64,000 nucleotides of DNA, from NCBI GenBank assembly GCA_947478395.1, contig CANJVR010000001.1:640001-704000 (forward strand). The letters are read 5' to 3'. Below the pieces are notes generated by a model. That model searched no databases and was not told where the DNA came from. It saw only the letters and a list, made by a program, of their open reading frames with translations. This document shows positions 26,926 through 36,641 of this stretch, one piece after another; within the stretch, counting starts at the first letter, position 1; each line of letters starts with the position of its first letter. The DNA is from Opitutia bacterium. GTDB taxonomy: Bacteria > Verrucomicrobiota > Verrucomicrobiia > Opitutales > Opitutaceae. Made by a program: the position numbers and the translations under genes.

Positions 26926-28596
26926 TCAGAATTTAAGCAGCGTCACGTCCCCCGGCGGCGCGACGCGCGGCTGCACGTTCCGGAGAAGAACAAAGGCGGC
27001 CACGACCAAGACGCCACAGACCCCGATCAGCCAGTCGCCGTGTTCGACATAGAAACTCTGCCGGCCGATCCAACGGGCGTCACGAGTCACGTTTTCCGCC
27101 CCGGTGCCCCGGAAATAGACGCTCGCTCGCTCGTCGAGCGTCGTGAAGCGGACGTTGCCAAACTCGTCGATCCAACCACTCCAGCCGCCGTTGCCACAGC
27201 GGAGCACGGGGCGACGCATTTCAACCGCACGCAAAACCGAGTGCGCCATGTGCTGATAGGCGGCCGCGCCCTCCCCGTACCAGGCATCGTTGGTGAGCAC
27301 CGCAAGCACGTCGCTGCCAGCCCGGACACTCGCCCGCGCCAACGTTGGAAAAATATCTTCGTAGCAGATCAAAGTACCGACGGTGACCTGTGCGCCGCGC
27401 AACGTCATCACCAGCGGGGACGAATCCGGACCGGTTTGAAAATCATCGCCGACGGGCACGAATTTCTTGAGCCACCCAAAGACGGGGCGCATCGGCACAT
27501 ACTCGCCAAACGGCACGAGGTGACGTTTGGCGTAATAAACAGACGAAAGACCAAGGTCGGGCGTGACCAAAAACGCCCCATTAAACCATTGTTCGCCCGG
27601 CTGCCCGGCCTGCTCGATCGCGATCGAGCCGAGCAACAATGGCGTCCGGGCCCGCTTCGCCAGGCTCTCGACGAATCCACGCACATCATTGTTGCCGCGC
27701 ACCGCCCAAGGCGTCACCGCCTCCGGCCACAGGATGAGATCCGACCGCGAGCTGGCGGCAGCGAGCGTCGTCTTTTCCAAAACATCGAGAATCCCCGGCC
27801 CCTTCAACGGGTCCCATTTTACATCCTGCGGAATATACGGCTGCACAAAGGCAATCCGGGCAAGCGGCACCGTAAACCGGCCGCGATTGAAGGTCTCCTG
27901 GACGTGAATGCTCAGGCACACCAACAGCAAAAACAGAGCGAGGAAAAATTCCTGGCTACGTTTGTTGAGTCCGGTCGCTCCTTCGCGAAACAACCGGTGC
28001 GCATAAGCGGCAAATCCGAGATTCATCGCGACCAAAACAAATGACACGCCCCCCTGCCCCGTATACGCAGCGATTTGCAGGACGCTGATCCGCTCCCACT
28101 GGCTCGCCGCCAAGGGCAACCACGGAAACCCTGTTAACAGCCACGTCCGCGACCATTCGACCACAGTCCACGCCCCTGCCAGCGCGAGCAACACGAAGAG
28201 CCGTTCCATCGTCGGCCGTCCGATCATGCGCGGCATGGTCCACCACACCGCCAGAAACCAGACACCCACCCACGCCCCCACCACGGGCCCGAGGAGAAAC
28301 AAACCCACCCACGTCACATGGTGTAGCCAGCCCAGTAAGATGGTCCACGTCACCGCCTGCGCAGCGAACATCGTCCACGCGAAAAGTTTCAACCGCGGCC
28401 GCGTGTACGCCCAAAAAATCGCCGGCACGAAACACGCGTAGGCAAACTCCGGCGCCTTGAACGGCGGAAACGCCATCACCGTCAGCACAATGGTGAAAAC
28501 AAACACCGTCGCCGCCGCGACCATCTCGGCGTGACGCTGCCAAAACGTCGGCCGCGGGGCATAGGGATCGGAAACGCTCACGTCAGGGGACGGCAT
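26926..28596 (-). CDS. lnt: Apolipoprotein N-acyltransferase
   Basis: GFPW, catalytic triad motifs WPEA, YAKRHLVPFGEY and ICYED; TNDAWY; start position uncertain. Confidence 0.93.
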   Translation of the reverse strand: MPSPDVSVSDPYAPRPTFWQRHAEMVAAATVFVFTIVLTVMAFPPFKAPEFAYACFVPAIFWAYTRPRLKLFAWTMFAAQAVTWTILLGWLHHVTWVGLFLLGPVVGAWVGVWFLAVWWTMPRMIGRPTMERLFVLLALAGAWTVVEWSRTWLLTGFPWLPLAASQWERISVLQIAAYTGQGGVSFVLVAMNLGFAAYAHRLFREGATGLNKRSQEFFLALFLLLVCLSIHVQETFNRGRFTVPLARIAFVQPYIPQDVKWDPLKGPGILDVLEKTTLAAASSRSDLILWPEAVTPWAVRGNNDVRGFVESLAKRARTPLLLGSIAIEQAGQPGEQWFNGAFLVTPDLGLSSVYYAKRHLVPFGEYVPMRPVFGWLKKFVPVGDDFQTGPDSSPLVMTLRGAQVTVGTLICYEDIFPTLARASVRAGSDVLAVLTNDAWYGEGAAAYQHMAHSVLRAVEMRRPVLRCGNGGWSGWIDEFGNVRFTTLDERASVYFRGTGAENVTRDARWIGRQSFYVEHGDWLIGVCGVLVVAAFVLLRNVQPRVAPPGDVTLLKF

Positions 28597-28735
28597 GAAA
28601 CGCTCAACGTCGACCAAGCCGGAGCTTCCCACAAGGCTGAAGGCGCAATGGCCCATCGCGCGAAGGCTGAGCGCGGCATGAGCAAGGTCGCGCTGGAACT
28701 TCCGCGCCCGGAGGTCACGCCTCTACCGCCGTCGC

Positions 28736-31735
28736 TCACGCCCCGTGGCAATTCTTGAATTTTTTGCCGCTGCCGCAGTGGCACGGATCGTTGCGGCCGA
28801 CCTTCGGCGCGTCGCGACGGATCGTGATTTTCGGCAGCTGAATTTCCGCCGGCGCTTCCATCGGCGCCGTGCTGGTCGAACCACCCGTCGTAACCGAGGT
28901 CGAGATCTGTGGCGCCGCGGTCGGCGGCGTATCGGAAGGGCCCACCGCGCGCACCGTGCGACTGAGCAACGCCAGCATGTTCTCAAAGCTCTCAATGTTC
29001 GACGCACTGCGGAACAGCCCGGTGCAGATTTGCAGCCGCACGTTGTTCATCAGCTCCTCGAAATATTTGTACGCCTCGCTCTTGTACTCCACCAGCGGAT
29101 CTTTCTGGCCGTAGCTGCGGAGGCCCACCGATTGCCGGAGATTTTCCATCTCGGTGAGATGTTCCTGCCAGTGGTGGTCGATGGCGTTAATGACGACGTA
29201 ACGCTCCAGCGCGCCCAGCGCCTCCGCCACCTCGACCGACTCCTTCACCGCGTAGGCGTTTTTGATTTTCTCAACGAGGGTCGCGGTCAACGCGTCGACA
29301 TCGTCGCCCGTCAGCTCCGTGGCGGCGATGCTGATGGGGAAATGGGTGTTGAGCCAGCCGACGAGGCTTTCGGTGCCCGACGCCGTCGCCCCGCCCTTTT
29401 CGCCGAAGCCGGCGACAGCGAGGCGCAGGGCGATTTCCTCGGCGACTTGCTCGAAGATGATGTCTTTCGGGCGGTCGGCGTGGATCGCCGCGTTGCGAAT
29501 CCCGTAGACCACTTCGCGCTGTTGGTTGAGCACGTCGTCGTACTGCAACAGGCGTTTGCGCACGGAGAAATTCTGCTGCTCGACTTTTTTCTGCGCGCTT
29601 TCAATCGAGCGATTGAGCCACGGATGCTCGAGTTCCTCGCCATCTTTCATCGAGCCTTCCATCAGGCGCGACGCGAGATTGCCCTGCAGGAAAAGCCGCA
29701 TGAGCTCGTCCTCGAGCGACAGGAAAAATTTAGTGAGACCCGGATCGCCCTGACGCGAACAACGGCCACGCAACTGACGGTCGATGCGACGCGACTGGTG
29801 GCGCTCGGTGCCCACGACCATCAGGCCGCCGAGATCGCGCACCCCTTCGCCGAGTTTGATGTCGGTGCCGCGGCCGGCCATGTTGGTGGCGATGGTCACC
29901 GCGCCGCGCTGACCGGCCCGCGTGACGATCTCGGCTTCCTGCTGGTGAAACTTGGCGTTGAGGACGGAGTGGATCACGCCGGCCCGTTTCAACATGCGTG
30001 AAAGCACCTCGGACGATTCGACGCTCACGGTACCGACGAGCACAGGCTGGCCGCGCGCATTGGCCTCGGAGATTTCCTTCACCACCGCGTTGAACTTGTC
30101 GCGGCGCGTTTTAAAAATGGAGTCGTTCCGGTCGACCCGGATGCAAGGCTGGTTGGTCGGAATTACCTGCACCGCGAGCCGGTAGATGTCCTGAAACTCG
30201 GTGGCCTCGGTCTCAGCCGTGCCGGTCATGCCCGCGAGCTTCTCGTACATGCGGAAGTAATTCTGAATCGTGATCGTGGCGTACGTGCGGGTCTCACGCT
30301 CGATCATGACGTTTTCCTTGGCCTCGACGGCTTGGTGCAGGCCGTCGGACCAACGCCGGCCGGGCATGACGCGCCCGGTGTTTTCATCGACGATCATGAC
30401 CTTGCCTTCCTGGACGACGTACTCGACGTCGCGCTCGTAGAGCGAATAGGCGCGGAGCAGCTGGGAAATCGCGTGGATCTCCTCGGAGACCTCGGCGTAG
30501 CGGTTTTGCGCCGCGAGCTTCAAGGCCTCGCGCTCCTCGGGCGTGTGCTTCGTATCCTTGTCGAGATCGGAAAATTCGGTGGCGAGATCGGGCAGTACGA
30601 ACGCGTCGGCGTTATCGGGTCGGAGCTGCTTGCGCCCGATCTCGGTGAGATCGGCCTGATGCTGACGTTCGTCGACGACGTAGAGGAGATCTTCCTTGAG
30701 CTTGTAGAGTTCGTCCTTGTTGAGGTCGGAGTTGAGGTCGGTCTCGACCTTGTCGAGCAGCTTGCGCAAGGCCGGGGTCTCGAAGAGGCGCAGGAGGAGC
30801 TTGTTGTTGGGCGCGCCCATTTTCACCTGCAGCATTTTCCGGGCGGCGAGATCGCGGTCGTCGGGCTTCACGTCTGGTTTTTCCAGAATCGCGGCCGCTT
30901 CGGACACGAGTCGGTTACAGAGGCGGGCCTGATCGTTGACCAGGCGCTCGATCGGCGGCTTGATGCGGGAGAAAGGCTGTTCGCGTTCGATCGGGGCGGG
31001 GCCGGAAATGATCAACGGCGTGCGCGCCTCGTCGACTAGGATGGAGTCGATTTCGTCCACGATGCAGAACCAATGATCGCGCTGGACCTGGTCTTCCTTG
31101 CGCGTGGCCATGCCATTGTCGCGGAGGTAATCGAAGCCGAACTCGCTCGCTGTGCCGTAAGTGATATCGCGGCCGTACATATCGCGGCGCAAGTCGGGCG
31201 ACATCTGCTGCTGGATACAGCCGACGGTGATGCCGAGAAAGTTGTAGAGATGCCCCATCCACTCGGAGTCGCGGCGGGCCAGGTAATCGTTGACGGTGAC
31301 GAGCTGCGTGTTCCGGCCGACCAACGCGTTCAGGTAAAGCGGGAGGGTGGAGACGAGCGTCTTGCCTTCGCCGGTGGCCATTTCGGCGATTTTGCCCTCA
31401 TGAATGGCGATGCCGCCGATGAGCTGCACGTCGAAGTGCACCATATCCCATCTCAACTCGTGCTCGCAGACCAACGCCGTCCGACCCACGAGCCGGCGCG
31501 CGGCGTTTTTTACCGTGGCGAACGCCTCGGGGAGAATCGCCTCAAGGGCCGCGTGTTTATCGGTGGCCGCGGCGAGGCGGGCACGAAATTCGTCGGTCTT
31601 GGCGCGCAGCTGATCATCGGTGAGCGTCTGGTAGGATTTCTCGAGCTCGTTGATGCGTGCGACGATGGGACGACACTTCTCGATAAATTTCCTATAGTGA
31701 CGGCCGGAAAAACGTTTGAAGAGAAGCGAGAGCAT
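28736..31735 (-). CDS. secA: Preprotein translocase ATPase SecA
   Basis: [45 protein letters not shown]-terminal [19 protein letters not shown]. Confidence 0.99.
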   Translation of the reverse strand: MLSLLFKRFSGRHYRKFIEKCRPIVARINELEKSYQTLTDDQLRAKTDEFRARLAAATDKHAALEAILPEAFATVKNAARRLVGRTALVCEHELRWDMVHFDVQLIGGIAIHEGKIAEMATGEGKTLVSTLPLYLNALVGRNTQLVTVNDYLARRDSEWMGHLYNFLGITVGCIQQQMSPDLRRDMYGRDITYGTASEFGFDYLRDNGMATRKEDQVQRDHWFCIVDEIDSILVDEARTPLIISGPAPIEREQPFSRIKPPIERLVNDQARLCNRLVSEAAAILEKPDVKPDDRDLAARKMLQVKMGAPNNKLLLRLFETPALRKLLDKVETDLNSDLNKDELYKLKEDLLYVVDERQHQADLTEIGRKQLRPDNADAFVLPDLATEFSDLDKDTKHTPEEREALKLAAQNRYAEVSEEIHAISQLLRAYSLYERDVEYVVQEGKVMIVDENTGRVMPGRRWSDGLHQAVEAKENVMIERETRTYATITIQNYFRMYEKLAGMTGTAETEATEFQDIYRLAVQVIPTNQPCIRVDRNDSIFKTRRDKFNAVVKEISEANARGQPVLVGTVSVESSEVLSRMLKRAGVIHSVLNAKFHQQEAEIVTRAGQRGAVTIATNMAGRGTDIKLGEGVRDLGGLMVVGTERHQSRRIDRQLRGRCSRQGDPGLTKFFLSLEDELMRLFLQGNLASRLMEGSMKDGEELEHPWLNRSIESAQKKVEQQNFSVRKRLLQYDDVLNQQREVVYGIRNAAIHADRPKDIIFEQVAEEIALRLAVAGFGEKGGATASGTESLVGWLNTHFPISIAATELTGDDVDALTATLVEKIKNAYAVKESVEVAEALGALERYVVINAIDHHWQEHLTEMENLRQSVGLRSYGQKDPLVEYKSEAYKYFEELMNNVRLQICTGLFRSASNIESFENMLALLSRTVRAVGPSDTPPTAAPQISTSVTTGGSTSTAPMEAPAEIQLPKITIRRDAPKVGRNDPCHCGSGKKFKNCHGA

Positions 31736-31838
31736 GAAAGGGCTGAGACGGTAGGCGCGGCCGATGCCTTGGCAAATGGCAAATGGGGGAAAGCGCCGCG
31801 GGAGCGTTGTCCGTCAGCCCGGCCCTCCATTCTCCAAC

Positions 31839-31912
31839 GTGGGGCGGCCCCCACCCCGCATTAACGTGCGATAATTTGCGACGTCGCTGCCGGGTGAGGG
31901 CACCCCGCCTAC
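31839..31912. repeat. REP pair family 2, copy 2
   Basis: ...CACCCCGCATTAACGTGCGATAATTTGCGACG...CGGGTGAGGGCACCCCGCCTAC; both arms and spacer resemble 6943-7019. Confidence 0.7.
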
Positions 31913-31942
31913 GTCCGATCTAGCGCCGACAAAGCGATCCGA

Positions 31943-32872
31943 CTAAACCTGCGTCTTGAAGTACTCGATCGTGCGCCTGAGACCTTCTTCGAGGGGAACG
32001 GTCGGCGCCCAGCCGTTCAGGTATTTCTGCGCGAGCGTGATATCAGGGCGGCGCTGCTTCGGATCATCAGCGGGTAGCGGGCGATGAACGAGCTTCGAAG
32101 GGCCGCCGACCAGTTTCAGCGTGAGTTCGGCGAGTTGTTTCATCGTGAACTCGCCGGGATTACCAATATTGATCGGGCCGACCGTCGCGGTCTGGGTCAT
32201 GAGGCGCAGGAAGCCCTCGATCAAATCATCCACGTAACAGAAGGAACGCGTCTGGCTGCCGTCGCCGTAAATGGTGATGTCTTCGCCCTTGAGCGCTTGC
32301 ACGATGAAGTTCGAAACGACGCGCCCGTCGTTCGGGTGCATGCGCGGTCCGTAGGTGTTGAAGATGCGGACCACGCGGATATCGACTTTGTTTTCGCGGT
32401 GGTAGTCGAAGAAGAGCGTCTCGGCGCAGCGCTTGCCCTCGTCGTAACAGGAGCGTTTGCCGATGGGATTCACGTTGCCCCAATAGCTCTCGGGCTGCGG
32501 ATGGAGCGCCGGATCGCCGTACACTTCGCTTGTGCTCGCCTGAAACACGCGAGCTTTCACGCGCTTCGCGAGACCGAGACAGTTAATCGCGCCAACGACG
32601 GACGTCTTCGTCGTCTTGATCGGATTGAACTGGTAGTGCGGCGGGGACGCGGGGCAGGCGAGATTGTAGATCTGGTCGACCTCAAACTTGAACGGGTCAA
32701 TCACGTCGTGACGGACGAACTCGAATTTCGGATTACCGAGGAGATGCGCGATGTTCTGTTTTCGGCCAGTGAAGAGATTGTCGATGACGATGACCTCGTG
32801 GCCATCCTTCAGCAGGCGATCACTCAAGTGTGAACCGAGAAAGCCGGCGCCGCCAGTGATGAGAATGCGCAT
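31943..32872 (-). CDS. UDP-glucuronate decarboxylase (UDP-xylose synthase-like)
   Basis: [40 protein letters not shown]. Confidence 0.92.
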   Translation of the reverse strand: MRILITGGAGFLGSHLSDRLLKDGHEVIVIDNLFTGRKQNIAHLLGNPKFEFVRHDVIDPFKFEVDQIYNLACPASPPHYQFNPIKTTKTSVVGAINCLGLAKRVKARVFQASTSEVYGDPALHPQPESYWGNVNPIGKRSCYDEGKRCAETLFFDYHRENKVDIRVVRIFNTYGPRMHPNDGRVVSNFIVQALKGEDITIYGDGSQTRSFCYVDDLIEGFLRLMTQTATVGPINIGNPGEFTMKQLAELTLKLVGGPSKLVHRPLPADDPKQRRPDITLAQKYLNGWAPTVPLEEGLRRTIEYFKTQV

Positions 32873-32962
32873 GATGAAAATAGAAGAGGAGCCGCCGCGA
32901 AAATAAAAGCCTGAATCCAGTCGGGGTGCATCGGGACCTCGGAGCCCGATCTAAAATTGTCC

Positions 32963-33098
32963 TGAATCGGAGGTTTTTCCGGAGCCATTTGGGGTCGCGG
33001 CAGGCGTCTCTGCCGGTGGGCTTCGACGGCCTCGTTTTCGGCCGGCGGGGACGCCTGCCTCTACGTCGTGAGCGGCTACGCTTTGGGTCAAACGCCCC
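32963..33098 (-). mobile_element. MITE-like family 1, copy E
   Basis: Begins inside the tgt TAG stop: TA|GGGGCGTTTGACCCAAAGCGTAGCCGCTCACGACGTAGAGGCAGGCGTCCC... Confidence 0.72.
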
Positions 33099-34252
33099 TA
33101 GGCCACACCCGCAATCCGGGCCGCGGCTCCGGCTTCGTAGCGCTCCACCCACGCCCGGTGCCACGTTGCGTAGTCTCCGGCTTCAAGGTGGACGCGCGCC
33201 TGACTCATCAGATCGAGGTAGAAATGCAGATTGTGCAAAGTGCAGAGCGTCGCCGCGAGCATCTCACCGGAAACGGTGAGATGGCGGAGATAAGCCCGCG
33301 AAAAATTCCGACACGTGTAATTGTCGAGGCCTTCGACGATGGGCCGCGGATCGGCGCGATATTTTTCGTTCTTCAGATTGATCGGGCCATCGGGCGTGAA
33401 AACGAGCCCATTGCGGGCGACGCGCGAGGGCAGCACGCAGTCGAACATGTCCACGCCGAGCGCGACCATCTTCAACAACTGCGGCGGCGTCCCGAGTCCC
33501 ATCGTATAACGCGGCTTGTCCGACGGCAGAAACGGCGTCGTCGCTCCCACCTGTTTCAACATTTCCGGCTCCGGTTCGCCGACGCTCACGCCGCCGACCG
33601 CGTAGCCGGGAAAATCCAGCGACGCCAGCGACTCCGCCGCTTCGCGCCGCAGATCGTCGAACGTCGAACCTTGCACGATCGCAAAGACATGGTGGCCGTT
33701 CGCGAGAAATCCGCTGTCCGTGGCGATCTGTTTACACTGCCGCGCCCAGCGGAAACTCCGCGCCACGGCCGTCGCACACGCGTCGCGTTCACACGGCCAC
33801 GGCGGGCACTCGTCGATCACCATCGCGATGTCGCTGCCGAGATTTTGCTGGATGCCCATGACCTCGCGCGGCCCGAGAAATAATTTCGCGCCGTCCAGAT
33901 GCGATTGAAAGGCGACGCCGTCGTCCCGGATCTCCCGCAGCTTCGCCAGCGAGAAAACCTGAAACCCGCCGCTGTCCGTGAGAATCGGACCATCCCAGCC
34001 CATGAACGCGTGCAGCCCGCCCAACTCGCGCACGAGTTCAGAAGTGGGGCGCAGATTGAGATGGTAGGTGTTGCCCAAAATAATCTGCGCGCCGATTTCT
34101 CGCAGGTGCGCCGGGGTAAGCGACTTTACCGTACCCTGCGTGCCAACCGGCATGAAGATCGGCGTCTCGATCGTGCCATGTCTCGTGCGCAAACGTCCGC
34201 GCCGCGCGGCGGTGACTGTATCAGTCGACAAAAGCTGGAAGTGATCGGGCAT
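33098..34252 (-). CDS. tgt: Queuine/preQ1 tRNA-ribosyltransferase
   Basis: TPIFMPVGT, NTYHL, TDSGGFQVFSL, DEC, GGVSVGE, DMFDCVLP. Confidence 0.97.
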   Translation of the reverse strand: MPDHFQLLSTDTVTAARRGRLRTRHGTIETPIFMPVGTQGTVKSLTPAHLREIGAQIILGNTYHLNLRPTSELVRELGGLHAFMGWDGPILTDSGGFQVFSLAKLREIRDDGVAFQSHLDGAKLFLGPREVMGIQQNLGSDIAMVIDECPPWPCERDACATAVARSFRWARQCKQIATDSGFLANGHHVFAIVQGSTFDDLRREAAESLASLDFPGYAVGGVSVGEPEPEMLKQVGATTPFLPSDKPRYTMGLGTPPQLLKMVALGVDMFDCVLPSRVARNGLVFTPDGPINLKNEKYRADPRPIVEGLDNYTCRNFSRAYLRHLTVSGEMLAATLCTLHNLHFYLDLMSQARVHLEAGDYATWHRAWVERYEAGAAARIAGVA

Positions 34253-34369
34253 CGGCGAAGCGACGAGCATCGACGATTGGCCGCCCAACATCCAATCTTG
34301 ATTTTTCATCGGCACCGCCGCGCTTGACCCGGCGAGCCAATCAACAACCTATCTTGCCCCAAACCCACC

Positions 34370-34936
34370 GTGCTGCTCGTCATCGACAACTACGATTCGT
34401 TTACCTTCAACCTCGTCCAATATTTTGGGCAGCTGGGGGTGGAACAGCGCATTTTTCGCAATAACGAGATCACGCCGGCCGAAGCTATCGCGCTCAAACC
34501 CGACCGCGTACTGCTGTCGCCAGGGCCATGTTCCCCGCGCGAAGCGGGCGTCACGCTGGACATGATCAAGGCCTTCGCCGGCGTTAAGCCCATCTTAGGT
34601 GTGTGCTTGGGGCACCAGTCGATCGGTCATTATTTCGGCGGCAACGTCGTCCGCGCCGGGCGGCTCATGCACGGCAAGACCTCGCCGATCCTGCACAAGG
34701 ATACCGACGTTTTTAAGGGCATGCCGCAAGGCTTTGCCGCCACGCGCTATCACTCGCTGCTGATCGAGCGCGCCACGTTTCCGGCCGAATTGGAAATCAC
34801 CGCCGAGACCGCCGAGGGCGAAGTGATGGGATTACGCCACCGCGCCCTGCCCATCTGGGGCGTGCAATTTCACCCGGAGTCGATCGCGACCGACGGCGGA
34901 ATGAACATCCTGAAAAACTTTTTGTCGCTCAACTGA
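34370..34936 (+). CDS. trpG: Anthranilate/aminodeoxychorismate synthase component II (glutamine amidotransferase)
   Basis: [30 protein letters not shown]; trpG versus pabA cannot be resolved. Confidence 0.9.
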   Translation: MLLVIDNYDSFTFNLVQYFGQLGVEQRIFRNNEITPAEAIALKPDRVLLSPGPCSPREAGVTLDMIKAFAGVKPILGVCLGHQSIGHYFGGNVVRAGRLMHGKTSPILHKDTDVFKGMPQGFAATRYHSLLIERATFPAELEITAETAEGEVMGLRHRALPIWGVQFHPESIATDGGMNILKNFLSLN

Positions 34937-34940
34937 TCCC

Positions 34941-35408
34941 ATGCGCTGCCCCAAATGCACCTCGATCGAGGACAAGGTCATGGACTCCCGCATCAGCAAG
35001 GAGGGATCTACGATCCGCCGGCGGCGCGAATGCCTGGAATGCGGCCACCGCTATAGCACGACCGAAACTGTTCTGCGCGACGGCATGGTGGTGATCAAAC
35101 GCGATGGCCGCCGCGAAGAATTCGATCGCGAAAAACTCATGCACGCCGTGCGCGCCGCCTGCCACAAACGCCCGGTCGATCTCGAACAAATCGGTATGCT
35201 GGTCGAAGACGTGATCGACTCCGTCGAAGCGCAATTCGACACCGAGATTCCCTCGCGCGCGCTCGGCCAAGGCGTGATGCAACGCCTGCGCAACATCGAC
35301 CAGGTCTCGTACGTTCGCTTCGCCAGCGTCTACAAGGAATTCCGGGACGTCACCGAGTTCGTCGAGGAGATCAGTGCGCTCGGAAACCCGAAGCCGGAGA
35401 ACCGGTGA
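34941..35408 (+). CDS. nrdR: Transcriptional repressor NrdR
   Basis: MRCPKC...RRRRECLEC Zn ribbon, ATP cone, YVRFASVY. Confidence 0.97.
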   Translation: MRCPKCTSIEDKVMDSRISKEGSTIRRRRECLECGHRYSTTETVLRDGMVVIKRDGRREEFDREKLMHAVRAACHKRPVDLEQIGMLVEDVIDSVEAQFDTEIPSRALGQGVMQRLRNIDQVSYVRFASVYKEFRDVTEFVEEISALGNPKPENR

Positions 35409-35518
35409 AGCGCACCCGTTGTTTCCGGGAGGGCGGTCGCGCTCCCCATCGGAAACCCTTCCTGAATCGCCTCGCGGGCTCGGACGACGGGTTCATCGGC
35501 GAATCCTAGCATTTCAAA

Positions 35519-36025
35519 ATGCCCGCCCGCTCTCGTGACGACCTGCGTCGGCTGCACTTCATCAACGAGCTCTTCGCGCACACCACGGGCCGCGATCTTT
35601 ATCTCGCCGAACAAATCAAGACGGCGATCACGTTCAGTCTGACGGAACTCGAACAGCAGACCGCGGCACACCCGGAGTTTGCCGCCACGTTCGATGTCGC
35701 CTTCAACGCCGCCGCTTCCCGGTTGCTCGCTAAATTTTTCTCGGAGCGGCCGAGCCACGGTTTTTTCCATTGGGACGCCGCTGGCACGCCGCACGCCTCC
35801 ACCCCGCTTTTCACGCGGGCGGAAATCATGAGCGGACTGAAGCAGCTCGCGCCTTTCCGGGAGTCGACGCTACTCGTCACGAACCTCCGCCCCGCCCTGC
35901 TCCCGCCGGAGAAACGGGCCACCCCCCGCCGCCTGCGCGACTACACCGAAGCCCTCGCCTTTATCCGCGATCTCGCCGCCGCCCGCACGGCCCGCAGCGC
36001 CAATCTGCAGCTGCTGTTTTTGTAG
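35519..36025 (+). CDS. Hypothetical protein
   Basis: 168-aa ATG-started ORF with protein-like composition, co-oriented between nrdR and the HIT gene. Confidence 0.7.
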   Translation: MPARSRDDLRRLHFINELFAHTTGRDLYLAEQIKTAITFSLTELEQQTAAHPEFAATFDVAFNAAASRLLAKFFSERPSHGFFHWDAAGTPHASTPLFTRAEIMSGLKQLAPFRESTLLVTNLRPALLPPEKRATPRRLRDYTEALAFIRDLAAARTARSANLQLLFL

Positions 36026-36126
36026 CCCACGGATCACACCGAGCACGCGCAAAAGGGAATGAGCGGCGATCCGGCTCGGGCATTTCCTCATCCACTTTCT
36101 TCCGTGTATTCCGCGTGTTCCGGGGG
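36026..36126. repeat. Inverted arrays of degenerate 9-mers (CACGGAATA-like)
   Basis: CCCACGGATCACACCGAGCACGCGCAA ... TTCCGTGTATTCCGCGTGTTCCGGGGG. Confidence 0.55.
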
Positions 36127-36141
36127 CAACTTCTCCCAGCC

Positions 36142-36483
36142 ATGGTAAAAACGCTTTTCCAAAAAATTATCGACCGCGAGATCCCCGCCAAAATCGAGCA
36201 TGAGGACGATCTCTGCATCGTGCTCCACGATATCCAGCCGCAGGCGCCCGTTCACCTGCTCATCATTCCGAAAAAGCCCATTCCACGCGTGGGTGAAGCC
36301 ATACCCGCCGACCAAGCCATCCTCGGCCATTTGCTGCTCACGGCCGGTACCCTCGCGAAAAAGCTCAATCTAGCGCGCGGCTTCCGTCTCGTGATCAACC
36401 ACGGCCCCGACGCCACCGAGTCTGTGCCGCATCTCCACGTCCACCTGCTCGCTCAACGTCAGCTGACCTGGCCCCCGGGTTGA
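36142..36483 (+). CDS. HIT family nucleotide-binding protein (HinT-like)
   Basis: TLFQKIIDREIPA, DIQPQAPVHLLIIPK, histidine triad HLHVHLL; ATG 36142. Confidence 0.93.
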   Translation: MVKTLFQKIIDREIPAKIEHEDDLCIVLHDIQPQAPVHLLIIPKKPIPRVGEAIPADQAILGHLLLTAGTLAKKLNLARGFRLVINHGPDATESVPHLHVHLLAQRQLTWPPG

Positions 36484-36641
36484 AAGCCTGCCGAAGAACG
36501 CTCAGCCCGTGGGTGATCACGCTGGCCTCCACCGATTTTATGCGGACCAGAACTGCCGGAACGCCCCGTCGTTTCATTTCGCGGCGGAACAATCCACCGT
36601 TGGTCCGGATCCTATGCGGCCGGCCCCTTTCGCTCCGTAGC

